Source: Phoronis australis (lineage: Eukaryota; Animalia; Phoronida). Taken from it: a DNA stretch of 64,000 nt. Position 1 is the first letter of the stretch, and each line of letters opens with the position of its first letter. The notes beneath the pieces are model-generated. The model did not search any database, was not told the origin of the DNA, and saw only the letters and a program-made list of their open reading frames with translations. Position numbers and translations under genes: made by a program. The stretch lies in the NCBI GenBank assembly GCA_002633005.1, contig NMRA01000061.1, positions 558,274 to 622,273 of the forward strand, given 5' to 3'. Shown here piece by piece: positions 24,831 through 37,900 of the stretch.

Positions 24831-26305
24831 AAATCATTTCCACGTTTCCAGAACATAGTCAATGAAAACTTCACATCTAAAACGTAAACCATCCACAACG
24901 AGCAAACACTAAGAATGAGAGTCACAAAATGAAAAGGGACAGGAAACAGAAAATCAGCTCAGGGCCAGTGTTGTACCGTATTGCCACAGCGCCTTTTTCG
25001 CGACCGTTTTTTATCAAAGTGGTTCACATATTGGCGCATGCACCTTGTGTCCCAGCATAAGCCTATACATAACTTTCCATTCAGGCGCATCCAATTTTTT
25101 TTTAAATTTGACTTGCTTTTCATGAACAACATTTTACTCTCTTATAATGACATTAGGCCCATGGAACTGTATTCGAATTATGCCATTTCGTAGGTTTTTT
25201 ACTCAAGTGGTTCGCATATTGGCGCACTTCCGCGCAGACGCCCATGGGCCTAATGGGGCGCGGAAGTGCGCCGGCAACTTGGTTGAAGAAGGTCCACTAT
25301 TGCCATACAAAGAGAGGAATGTTTTAGGATCGAGGATGTGTAGGCTGTTTTTAATGTGCAGGGGGTGTATAGTAGCTGCATAACACACGTGAGTTATCAA
25401 AATTAGTGTTATCGTGAGTGGTAGAGGCATATCGCTGTGGTCGTGGGTCTTATGCTCTTCAATCCGTTAGCGGAGTCGGCGGATATTCATACCCACACTA
25501 AATCCATTGCTGATATCCAAATAACAAATTTTTGCCATTCAGTCCTGAAAAAAAACGCAGACGACTTGATTGGGCTGGCGCAAATGTGTTAACCAGACGT
25601 TGTATTTGTCGTTTGTGACAGGCAGCAACGTGGACTGGCCTGTGAAAGGAATGGTGGCATATGTCAACATGCTATTCGCAGGAGTGTACAAATTAGATGA
25701 AAATGTTGACAACAATCAAGGAAATTTTGCGGATAAAAAGGATTTTGGTAAAGGTCAATTCCTTGTCAAACAAACGGTCATCGGAGCGAATACACCACGC
25801 CAGTCTGTGCAGTAGACATGTCACTCGATTGCGTTTACAGCGAAAGTGTTTCAATGTTATGTCACTCATTGTACAGATCTGAAAAATCCTCCAATAGTGA
25901 GACCAACGCATCAAGAAAAAGGAATGCTGGAATTAATTTCGAATTCAACGATAAATTTGACGTTGGATGAATTACCTGGAATAAGGGGGTATAATTCGTT
26001 GTTTGCTGTTGAAATCTCAACCCCCTTTCGGGTCCTAATTGCGGCGGCTCCAAACGTACAGTGCTGTAGTGGTAAAATTAGAGATAAGTGGGCGCACAAA
26101 GCTTACCCTATCACCTTGAGCACTGAACGGTGTGTTGGCGCTACGTTCAAATGCCAAAAGGTGGTTGGCTGCGCTTACGTGCGCCTACGCCCTACTACAG
26201 CACTGGCTCCAAAGGGGATGAGTTGTACGATCCCCGCCCCCGATCTTATCTTAGTTGAGCTCAGAAAGGACGACTTCAATATGTTGTCACGTATACACAT
26301 GTGTG

Positions 26306-26306
<1 letters not shown>

Positions 26307-26344
<38 letters not shown>

Positions 26345-26355
26345 CGCGCGCGCGC
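26307..26355. repeat. (TG)n microsatellite followed by (CG)n
   Basis: Directly visible; the shorter, interrupted orthologous tract in unit A is at ~10423-10454. Confidence 0.95.
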
Positions 26356-26731
26356 TCGCGGGTCATTTGTTCAATTTTCCAAACCTGGTGACCTTGCTGG
26401 GTCCAATGCAGACTTAGCCAAATGTCGTTTTATGGCATGTACGGAGCACAAACCATGCTAGCAATAGATTAAAAATTGTCTTACTTTTTTATCTATTAAG
26501 AAATTTCGTAACACAGCCATATTGGCTAGAAATTACCGTACTCCATCTGTCAAGTATCGATACGTCCACAGACAGAGGCCTGAACCAAAAGTGATTATTT
26601 TGGCATCACTCCCAATAAAACTCGAGACACATGATTGTTCAGAGCGGTGTTTCTTCAGGATTAAAAATGACACATGTAGACAATGTCGACAGGTGGATGC
26701 AAACTGAAACGTTGCCTTAAAAACCTTTGTA

Positions 26732-27043
26732 CTAAATCACAATAAAGTAGAAAAAAGCGTCAAACACAGTGTTATAAAAGCAGTAACATTTGTCGAAGTA
26801 GCCATATATTATTGTATAACAGGATGTCGGCCAAGTTAATGCAAAAAGGAAGGCGCAGATGATGACCGTAGCAGCCGCCATTACAACTTTGGAAACAGAC
26901 ACGTGACCGGCTCCGTTGCATTTGTCAGTCTGGCAACACCTCACTTCCGTCTTTATGCCCGCTGCTTCTTCGCTGGCTTCCACGCAGATGGGAAGGCATG
27001 TGCGGGCGACGACAGAGTTCCCACCGGTGGTCGTTTTTGTTTT
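26732..27043 (-). CDS. Ly6-3 exon 3, with a +1 frameshift near the stop extending the C-terminus by 35 aa
   Basis: KTKTTTGGNSVVARTCLPICVEASEEAAGIKTEVRCCQTDKCNGAGHVSVSKVVMAAATVIICAFL then FALTWPT..FFYFIVI*. A5 at 26843-26847 versus A4 in Ly6-2 and Ly6-4. Confidence 0.85.
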   Translation of the reverse strand, partial: KTKTTTGGNSVVARTCLPICVEASEEAAGIKTEVRCCQTDKCNGAGHVSVSKVVMAAATVIICAFLFALTWPTSCYTIIYGYFDKCYCFYNTVFDAFFYFIVI

Positions 27044-28127
27044 CTGAAAAATAAGTCCGAGTGCAAATGCTTCCTTACAATTAGTGTTTGTTTCGTGCAA
27101 CTGCTCACTGGTTGCATTCTGTTCTCATCCAAGTCACACTTGATATAATATAAGGAGCTCTAGCAATTTGAAGTATTAGAAAAACACTGATTTAAGTCGA
27201 TGATCCTTAGATAAAGCACTCAAATTCCGCATGAAAACTACCCCGTGTACTCATGTAGTCACAAGTGAATGATACGCGGACAAAGACAAAAGACAAACTC
27301 AATAGTTCCTTCATGAAATGTCTGTCAACTTTAGATTACATGGAGTTGATTTCGTATTTAATGTTAGCCGAGATTTTGTATAATGGGCAGCACAGCTTTG
27401 CGTCGCTTTGTGATTTCTGAAACCAAATATTGACTCAAATACTGGCTTTTAATAAAAAATATCTGCACATTTGATTAGTACACAAATTACGTGACACAGA
27501 TTTCTTTTGTTTCGAGGGAAATTTTTTACTCAACTTCAACCAGTTTCAATGTTGCAGCGACGCGATTCCTTGTGCTCGCAAATCCAGAGGCGGATTGAGG
27601 GGGGGCCAAGGGGACCATTCCCCCCCTCTAAAATTCTACCAGATACCATTTGGCAGTTCGGGTGCGAATTGCTGACTAGCACATGCTCGCAACCGGGGGG
27701 CTCGGGGGTGAATAAACAATGCATAGGCCCTGAATAAAACTCCGTTTATCGTTTTGTTTTGTTTTTTTTAGTCAAAAGGCCCGCATTTTAGGCTGGGCGC
27801 GCGCATCTTCCGAATTTCTGGTTATTCCTGTGCCCTGGCCCCCCCTAACTCAAAATCCTGGATCCACCTCTGGAATCTGGGGTCTGACAACAATCGTGCT
27901 CGCTGAGCCTTGCACCATTAACTGGTAAATATGCCTCACCTGACAAACCTCGACGTTTAAAGCCTTGGTTTGGTGCATTTGTTGGACTTTTCAAAAAAGT
28001 ACTAGACTTTGCTCGAAATTAATGCAAGTGGTCCCCTTTTTGTATTTTAAGTAGTGTGGCGCAGGTTTCAACACGAGACGGTGAACAAACCAGAACCAAT
28101 TATACTTTTTTCCTTGCTGCAACTTAC

Positions 28128-28240
28128 TATGCAGTATCCCTTGCAGTCTTTGAGGGTGCTCACGCCCGTGGAATTAAAAGGGTCGCCACATGCTGAAAAG
28201 GTGCTAGCGCAGCTATAGCATTCCAGTGCCCTCGAGGTGC
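28128..28240 (-). CDS. Ly6-3 exon 2: GTSRALECYSCASTFSACGDPFNSTGVSTLKDCKGYCI
   Basis: 113 nt, gtaagt donor. The acceptor is not visible because an N at 28241 replaces ~225 bp present in unit A. Confidence 0.85.
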
Positions 28241-29857
28241 NCGGTTAAAGAATTCCCCCTCTTCTGAATGACACAATTTGAACACATACTCAATGAAATA
28301 TGTCTGAGTTGAAAACTCAATTTTTGTGAGGGTCACAAATTTACATCAAATTATTCCACCTTGCCACTGTTCGATAGATTCCCGAACTCGCCTTCACTTG
28401 GACTGAATGCTTGCATTTTCATCAAGATTCTGCACTGCTATTTTTGTTTATTCTACCTTGAACTTGACTTTATTCTACCTAATTAGCCCTTGAATTCTTG
28501 TGCGATTATTTCAACTTGTGTGACTGAACTGACTATGGACGTACTCGCTAAATATCATTAAAAATTTTGAAAAATAACATACTTATTATCAAAAATTTGT
28601 TGATGTTGTCTTTACAGAGACAATGTATGACTGTGCTTGCTGTTGAAAAGCCTGTAACCTCAAAACTAGTCTCATCAACACCTAGTGGTTTGCAACCAAA
28701 GAACAAGATACAAAAACAAAAATCAGGTGTGAACAAATATCACACATATAAACATTTTCTAGTGATGGTGGTCGTCGTTTTTTTCCCAACGAGCTCAACA
28801 CTAAGCAAAATGGCAACGTTAAATGTGTCTATATGAGAACTGTATTCGTTCATGTTATTTGTATGCCTGATTTGTTCTTGTGCTTGACTTGTTAGTTCGT
28901 GTGCATGACATTTTGTTTGTACACATCATGTTGTGGTTTGTATTTATGAATGAAGTGTTCTTCCGAATGATGCAGTGGTTTTTTTCCTCTGACTTGAAGT
29001 TCTGTATGAGACTTGAAGCTCGTGCATATGACTCGAAGTTTGTCTTTTACCTTTGTGTTATAGTCGCTGACAAATGTTGAACTTAAAATAACTTTCTATG
29101 TTACTTAAATGTGATTATGGCAATGGTGTATTTTTCATTGGGCTTGAACTTTCTGGAATCAATGCTATGTCAAGTGATTCTGAGAGAACTAGTCAGTGCT
29201 CATAAATTGTATTGACAACAAATTGTTTACAAAAATAATAATAGTTTCGTAACTGGCAATTGAATATTTTTTTGTGAAATACTTTGAGCATGTAATATAA
29301 TAATCTATACATATTTCCTTAAAATAAATTTTTATACGTTTCTGGTATGGTCAGGAATGGTGTGCACACGTTTCTCTTCTAAGCATGACTGAATTTTGCA
29401 TACTGTGTATACATACATTGTACAAATATGTGATTTGCAGAGATGTACCAAACAGGGAATGCATCAAATAGCAGATGGGCAGCAGTTTTGTTGACCCTTT
29501 TGAGTAAGTACCACCTACTAGGTATGGTCTAATAGGTCATCCTTCGACTTGTCTTGTCATATTTGTGTTTTTAACGTGACAAGTTGGTATTCCTAACTTA
29601 GTCGAACATAGTCTGGGTAGAGTAGAATTCACCGATTGCATCTACATTTCTTTGCACCGAATTTGACATTTTTCTTTTTGATTGTTGTATAATTCAAAAG
29701 TTTATACCTGAAGACGACGTTGAAATAGTTGGGATTTTGAGGAGTTTTTATTAGTAGTATACACAATCCATAAAATTTGTGGTTGTATTTTATTTGACAT
29801 TAAGTCATTAACGTGTGTCTTTTTCTGAGTTTTAAGTATAGAGACCATGTCGTACAT

Positions 29858-31990
29858 TGTAGTATAAGTGACTTTGTTATTACGGACACACACGGACGAC
29901 CATCTTACGATTGTAGATCGACGTAGTTTCAGTGTTCCCAATAAACCTAGTTTATTCTTATTATTCTACATGGTGGCAGCTTTTTAACTACACGATGGAA
30001 CTCATTAAGCCTCCTAGCGAAGATCTAGACCTCAATTCAGGCAATGTCTCTGAAAACTGGAGGAGATTTCAGAGGCGGATCTACGGGGGGTTCAGGGGGT
30101 TTAAGCCCCCCCCCTCGGGCCAGGACCCAAAAATTAAAAAAAAACGTCTCCAGCAAAACAAAAACGGCACCGCCAGCGTGTGTAAGCCCCGAGTAAACCA
30201 ACTTGGAAAAAATGAGAGGAGGGGGGGNNNNNNNNNNNNNNNNNNNNNNNNNNNNNNNNNNNNNNNNNNNNNNNNNNNNNNNNNNNNNNNNNNNNNNNNN
30301 NNNNNNNNNNNNNNNNNNNNNNNNNNNNNNNNNNNNNNNNNNNNNNNNNNNNNNNNNNNNNNNCCGGTTACAAAGACTACGCTTAAGGCTAATGCGTTTT
30401 GATTTTGAAGTATTGCATCTTCCCGGCAAAGACAACTTAATCGCGGACATGCTGTCGAGAAACCCCAGCTCCGAGGACCGGGATGAAGTGCTCGAATTAA
30501 GCACCGAACTGTTCGCGAAAGTAGCGGTACAAAACTTACCTGCTACAAGCAGGAGGCTAGAGGAAATTAAGCATGCACAAGCATTGGATGAGGTGTGTCA
30601 AAAGGTCGCATCGTTTTGCAAAACGTCTTGGCCAAAATATTTGTCGTCTCAAGAAAGTATCTTGAAGCCGTACTGGGATGTTCAGCACGAGTTGACTTTG
30701 GTCGATGGACTGCTTATGAAGGGTCATTGCATCGTGATTCCTTCCTGTGAAAGATTAGATGTCTTACAACGTATCCATGTCGGTCATCTCGGTATCACGA
30801 AATGTCGCGAGCGTGCCAAAGCCTGTGTATGGTGGCCTGGCATGTCATTGGCTATCGAGGACATGGTTAAGGCGTGTCGTCGCTGCCGTGAGCATCAGTC
30901 GGTAAAACGCGAGCCACTCCAGACGACGGAATGGCCCGATGGACCATGGCAAACGCTAGGGACAGATTTGTTTGAATACAAAGGCTCACAGTATCTATTG
31001 GTGGTAGACTATTATTCGCGGTACCCTGAGATAGCCAAACTAGAAGCGGCGACATCCAGCTGTGTGATTAACCACATGAAGTCAATTTTCGCAAGGCATG
31101 GAATTCCGTTCGTGGTTCGGTCGGACAATGGGCCCTGCTATGCTTCCGCAGAGTTCGCTAACTTTGCAAAGGACTATGATTTCATCCTTCTGACGAGTTC
31201 CCCAAAGTACCCGCAGGCGAACGGGGAAGCAGAAAGATTCGTGGAGACTGTAAAGGGTCTCTTGCGTAAATGTGACGACCCTTACCTGGCCTTATTGTCA
31301 TATCGAAATACTCCCATAGCGAATGGAGAGTCACCCGCTCGTTTACTTATGAACCGAACTCTTCGAACGACTTTGCCGTCAGTTCCTGATGCTAGACCAG
31401 TCGAACTCGATCGTGACTCCCTGCGGATAAAGGAACACGACTACAAAATTCAAATGGCAAAAGCATTTGATTCCCGGCACCGTGCACGGGAGATTCCTAC
31501 ATACCATGAAGGTCAGTCGGTAATGATTCGCGATATGAAACGTCCGGCAGTTGTGGTGCAGGATAAGGACCGCTCCGTGACTCTCGAGACTGATAAAGGT
31601 AGCATAACGCGAAATAGGCGAGATGTCATGATGATGCCGCCACCACCACCCGATGATTCAGTACCGGCGGTACTCCCAACTTCACCGACTCATTCGCTGC
31701 GTAGTCCAAGCCACCGTGTTCGAAAACCACCCATCCGTTATGGATTTGAGGACTGATGATATTGATAGTGAACGATGACTTTTTATTATGAATTCCAACT
31801 TGGCGTTCATTAGTTGTGTTATTTTTGTTGTTGTATCGTTTAGTGTAATTTTATCTTTAAGAGACTTGAGGGGGAGATGTAGTATAAGTGACTTTGTTAT
31901 TACGGACACACACGGACGACCATCTTACGATTGTAGATCGACGTAGTTTCAGTGTTCCCAATAAACCTAGTTTATTCTTATTATTCTACA
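29858..31990 (+). mobile_element. Gypsy (Mag-like) LTR retrotransposon with identical 113-bp LTRs and TSD TACAT
   Basis: LTRs 29858-29970 and 31878-31990 (TG..CA); PBS TGGTGGCAGC; PPT gagggggaga; gag start MELIKPPSEDLDLNSGNVSENWRRF. Empty site in unit A at ~14543. Confidence 0.95.
30364..31756 (+). CDS. Gypsy pol C-terminus: end of RNase H and integrase (HHCC + DDE)
   Basis: PGKDNLIADMLSR; HVGHLGITKCRERAKACVWWPG..CRRC; GTDLF..VVDYYSRYPE..SDNGP..NGEAER. Open to the stop at 31756; 5' part lost in the N gap. Confidence 0.93.
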
Positions 31991-34937
31991 TACATGGCTC
32001 TGTTTCTTTATATCATACCTTAATAGTGGTTAGGCGGTATGTGCTGAAATCCAATAAATACAGACTGACCTATGCTAAACAGTTTAAACAAGAGAAAAAT
32101 TTGAACATTGATGAATTTCTATATTACAGATGTTTCTGATTGTATAGCATGCGATGAAATGGACGATGACTTTAAGTGCAACATAACCATTGGGTATACA
32201 TTTAAATCATGAGTTATCCATTTTTTAAATACATGATTATTGTTCAATTGCTGACACGTTTAATGTATACAGTAGAAATATGTCCACTAATAGCTCGGTG
32301 TAGTTGAGAGCCTGCATGGACAGCAATGAACTTGATCTCGGGTTTAAGGCCCGCCCTGACAGGACAGAAATCCTTTCACACCAGTGACCATTAGATCCCG
32401 CAAACTAACTAATGAAGACATTGTGAGGCGCCATCAAACATTATGTGCATAAAACATTTGAATTCTGAGAGAGCTGTATTTAACTGTTCTCCAGTGTACA
32501 TAATACGAGTCCTGTTACTTAGTAGTTCAACTGCGTTATAGGGGCTATGTGCTGTTATGTGTCCTTTTTGATATTCTTCTGGACAAGATCATCACGCTTT
32601 CTCTTGTTGCAGACCAAAAAACTATCCTTGATGATTTGTATATTAGCGATGTCGGATTTGGAGATGAAGAGTTTGGTGGGGAGGAAGTTGCAGGAGATAA
32701 AGTCAATAGGTGCACCGATGGAAACTATGACGACACGTTGGGTTTCTGTAGTGTCCACAGGATTCATGATGCGGTTGATACACACTAGGCTGTGGACGAT
32801 AGCAAACTCATTGTTTTTATGAAACTCTTTCTTTCCCTTTCAAATCTCATCACTGTGTCTTGCAAAGAATGGCAGCGATGTTCGTATTTCTTCTTCTGTT
32901 AAAGTCTCAGCACTCTCTTGCTACCACCTTCTCCGAAAGGTGTCGCGCTTGCTCATTTGGTCATTATAGTTTTTCTTCTCTGAAAAATAGGAGATTTTTC
33001 ATCAATTGCGGAAAGGAGATATTTATCCCATCTTGTATACTGATAATTTACTTAGCTACAAGCTCAGCTCACCAATAGAGCAAGCTGGAATTTTTTTCAA
33101 TAGTTGATGTCACGTCTTGTTTCGCATCATAAGACAAATGCTTACCACATGAAAATCTGTGTAAAATGTAATGACTTCCAGTTTCCTCAAGATGTAACGT
33201 GACCTAGATTGTTAAGTATAGCATGTTCTGTATTTGTACAAGCATTAAATGCTTCTCTGAACTAGAGTTTTTGAAGTGTTTTTCCCGTGTTTATTATTTA
33301 TGATAAAGTACCTGTACGTCAGCTTGACGAGATGCGTAAGCTTGCAGACCACGTTGAGCTGGTGTCACTGAGACTGGACCTGTAGTAGCTGTAGCGACTG
33401 ACCTCCCTCTCCTTCCTCTATCTCCTGTTACTCTTAAATCTCTTCTTGTTCTCCTGTGACCGATTGCATGAAACAATCCCAGATAGGGACTCAATTAAGG
33501 TCCCTAAATCTTTTTCATATTTGTTTCGTTCTTTAGGCACAGATGTAATGTTTTTCTATAATTTTATTTTTATTATGAGCTCTTCTTTGACATTTTTTAA
33601 AAATGTAACTAAAAACTGAGCCCTTAATTCAATCAAAACAGTTAGGGACTTAGTCCTTAAATTGGGTGCGTTACATGAAAAGATCCCTACTTATTTTCAA
33701 TAATATTGAGAATGCAATCTGGAGTTCACTCTCGATTTGTATCAAAGCTAAAACTTGGCATATTAATGATACTCAAACAGCATTAGATAGGACAATCAGT
33801 ATTTCACAAGCCCGCAAATACGTAGTAGATTTAGGGAACTTAGTTGAGTCCCTATGTGGGAGTGTTTCATGCAACCGGCCACTGGCTCTTCCACATACCC
33901 TATGGAAACAAATAGGTCTTTCAAATTTCACATAATGTCTCGAAGGTCATCAAAAGCCAAGCCTAACATTGGATGTAATTTCCAAACCAAATCAAGTGCT
34001 TCAAACAGGACTGGTAATATGTGAAAAATTCTGTTTGCGACTGCATTAACGAGTTTTCAGTCCGCGTCTGTTGGTCTAAGCTCTTGTCACGTTTTACCCC
34101 ATGGTTAGGTGGGCTCAGGTTCTCACTGATCGATGCTAATAGCGTTTTGATGCAATGGTAGACCGGACACTGGTTCGACTTGTGAATCACTTTAACCACC
34201 TGCTACAATCGTTGGTTTAAGAACAGGCTATTTTTGACAGCTCTTTGTTCCCTAACCACACCTGAACTGTTCGAAAAGTTCTGTACAAGTGAAACTGCAA
34301 CGGCTGATGTTGGAGCCAATGAATAATGCTGTGAGCTATGGCAGTATCTCGAAGTTCTATTATTTTCTCGTCTGGAGTGATAACTAGATACACCGTGGAC
34401 AGCTCATAAAAATATTTTCTATTAAAGTTGTTGCAATTTCTGATGTTTTTGCTTGCGCCAATTTGCTGGAAGTTGACGAGCAATTTATCTTCCGTTTGTC
34501 CAAAGGTGTGTAAATTGATTCTGTCCTTTTCTTTCTCAACACAGTTATGTTGCTCAAATGGCATGGCCTCATATTTCATGCATTATGTAACTTACTATCC
34601 TTCCATGAGATGTAAAAGTGGATGTCACCCCAATAAAACAAAAGTTAATTGCGAACCACAAATTTGTGCAAACTCCTAATTTGCTAAGTGCTTGTAATCA
34701 TAGACATTGAAAATGTGTCACATACTTTGAAGAAAAGCATAATTATTTAGGTATGATGATGCTCAATAAAATAAAACATTTAGAATGCTGTTGGGACTGA
34801 ATGTTCATCATGATGCATATTTCAAACTATAACTTGGTGAACAATTGGGTCAATTATATATTTACCACCAGTCGTTAAAACAGATGTGTCTTTGACTCAT
34901 CATCATCACATCTTTTCTTGTAATGACAGTGCAAAAT

Positions 34938-37900
34938 GGTATTTCACTCGTTAAATATATTTATGTGAGCATATGGACTCGCCTTACTCCTTTTCCCCCT
35001 CATCTTGGTCTATTCCATTATTCCCTCGTGCAGGACTACACGACGTTTTTCCAGCCTTCGCATTGGTCTGTTGTTATCACGTGCCTCGAGTTTGGTCAGC
35101 TCTTGGCTCTTATAGGCTGATGATTGTCACGTGTCTTTAGGGGCGTTTTACTTTGTTATTGTAACCTCGCTTTCAATTCACTTTGTTCCGGCCACATTGT
35201 CGTACGTCAAAAACTCATTCAATTTTATTCAATTTTCATTTTACGCCTACTACTTCCTCAACTCCTCTTCCCGTTCAACTTTTAACGCTTCCNNNNNNNN
35301 NNNNNNNNNNNNNNNNNNNNNNNNNNNNNNNNNNNNNNNNNNNNNNNNNNNNNNNNNNNNNNNNNNNNNNNNNNNNNNNNNNNNNNNNNNNNNNNNNNNN
35401 NNNNNNNNNNNNNNNNNNNNNNNNNNNNNNNNNNNNNNNNNNNNNNNNNNNNNNNNNNNNNNNNNNNNNNNNNNNNNNNNNNNNNNNNNNNNNNNNNNNN
35501 NNNNNNNNNNNNNNNNNNNNNNNNNNNNNNNNNNNNNNNNNNNNNNNNNNNNNNNNNNNNNNNNNNNNNNNNNNNNNNNNNNNNNNNNNNNNNNNNNNNN
35601 NNNNNNNNNNNNNNNNNNNNNNNNNNNNNNNNNNNNNNNNNNNNNNNNNNNNNNNNNNNNNNNNNNNNNNNNNNNNNNNNNNNNNNNNNNNNNNNNNNNN
35701 NNNNNNNNNNNNNNNNNNNNNNNNNNNNNNNNNNNNNNNNNNNNNNNNNNNNNNNNNNNNNNNNNNNNNNNNNNNNNNNNNNNNNNNNNNNNNNNNNNNN
35801 NNNNNNNNNNNNNNNNNNNNNNNNNNNNNNNNNNNNNNNNNNNNNNNNNNNNNNNNNNNNNNNNNNNNNNNNNNNNNNNNNNNNNNNNNNNNNNNNNNNN
35901 NNNNNNNNNNNNNNNNNNNNNNNNNNNNNNNNNNNNNNNNNNNNNNNNNNNNNNNNNNNNNNNNNNNNNNNNNNNNNNNNNNNNNNNNNNNNNNNNNNNN
36001 NNNNNNNNNNNNNNNNNNNNNNNNNNNNNNNNNNNNNNNNNNNNNNNNNNNNNNNNNNNNNNNNNNNNNNNNNNNNNNNNNNNNNNNNNNNNNNNNNNNN
36101 NNNNNNNNNNNNNNNNNNNNNNNNNNNNNNNNNNNNNNNNNNNNNNNNNNNNNNNNNNNNNNNNNNNNNNNNNNNNNNNNNNNNNNNNNNNNNNNNNNNN
36201 NNNNNNNNNNNNNNNNNNNNNNNNNNNNNNNNNNNNNNNNNNNNNNNNNNNNNNNNNNNNNNNNNNNNNNNNNNNNNNNNNNNNNNNTTACAGCCCTCTT
36301 TGTTTAGTGTTTCCATGAAGTTGCCTTCGAAATGTCCATGTTTTAGCCAAATTGTGTAGCACGCGTCCTTTGAGCGGTTTTGGAAAAGTTTAGCAAGTCT
36401 CAAAAACGTGTCACCGAACCACCATATGTAACTTCAGGTAGCTAGTGAGACTCTGGTCAATCGTTTGGATCATGACGAGACATGGCTCAAATTCTTTCAT
36501 TTATCACGAATCTTGAAGGCTCAGTCGCAGTATAGTTAGTAGTTTTACGTAAATACGTCATTGTTTTTTTTTGCTCATGAAGCAAGAAATTCGAACTCGA
36601 AAACAAAGCGGGGACAATCTTAATGGAGAGCCTCATAGAATACCCATATCAAGCAATGGTGCTGTTAGATAGCTGTGCAAATTAAGCTACTGTCCTCGGC
36701 GATTTTCCATGGTACCCACACTATCAATCAGGAGCTGTGGGTTCAAACCTCCCTCAGGTCCCAACGCCCCCCCGGCTATCCGTTATAACCTCGGCCTCCC
36801 TTGACCCCTCCTTCTACAAGTCTCACAGTTTCCGCTTCGGAGCCGCCACCTCTGCCTCCGCTCGCGGCCTCCCGGAGCCCGTCGTCCAACGCATGGGCCC
36901 TGGAAGTCCGACGCTGTCAAGGGTTACATCCGCATGTCAGTTTTCCCCCCACCTCGTCCCTATTTCCCCCTTCCTCTTGTCCCTCCGTTCCCCAGGCCAG
37001 CCACCCGTTACCTCCCATTGATGTCAGTATTGCCTGCACCTCCCTCGCTAGCATCCCTTTGCCTGCCCCTTCCCCATCCCCTCCGTCCCCTTCGTTCCGT
37101 ATCTCGTACGTCTCATTTGTAGATTATTTTGTATTTTTTACTTTCTTCTACCCTGTTAGCCATTTTGTTCGGCCTTTGCCTATATTTTGTGTTTCATTTA
37201 TTCTTAACTTGTTACTCTACCTTTATATCCAATTATTGTTAGCCTTAGTTCTCTATATTAACTATTTTGTTATTCTCTGTTAGCTATTTTTGATTTGTCC
37301 TTAGCTTCATTTTTTATATTTTTCTCTCATTTCCTTTTAGTTTTCGTACTCTCGTTTCGCCCTCTAGCTTACCAGTCCGTGTATTCTTGTATGTTCGTTT
37401 TGCTCCCTTGTTTTTCCTCATTTATCTATTTTCTTTCCGCCATGACACGGGGTGAGACAACACCGGCACCTGTTCCAGCCCTGGAAATCGTACCTCCTCC
37501 TCCGGTTGGCACCCGGAGTTAGGGTTGGGTATCCGGCTGACAGCCTTTGTAAGTAGTCCTGCACCCCTTTTCTTTCCATTTCTCTCCCTTCGTGCGTCCC
37601 TGCGGATGGGCATGAGCTGTCTTACAACATCTCTGTGGCGCTTTTTACTGCCCATCTTACCAGAGATTACCTGTTATACTTATTTACCTGTATTCATTTT
37701 ATTGTAATTGTACTAGTCATAATAAATGACCTTATATCTCCTACATCAATCTCCTTTCATCTCTGGTAACGAGCTTGCGACGCACGCATCATTTATCTAT
37801 TTTTCGGGACATATGTCGATCATAAATCTTCATTATGTGAGACTTACAGCTGTATGTTAATTTTNACCAGAGATTACCTGTTATACTTATTTACCTGTAT

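Larger units (their letters stand above)
8931..24840. repeat. Tandem segmental duplication unit A (contains Ly6-2)
   Basis: Colinear, high similarity to 24841-44299 throughout; both units start cacgtttccagaacata. Confidence 0.92.

Noticed and set aside
35131-36403. Long ORFs of 373-395 aa in the ORF track
   Set aside because: Artefacts of translating through the ~1-kb N gap.
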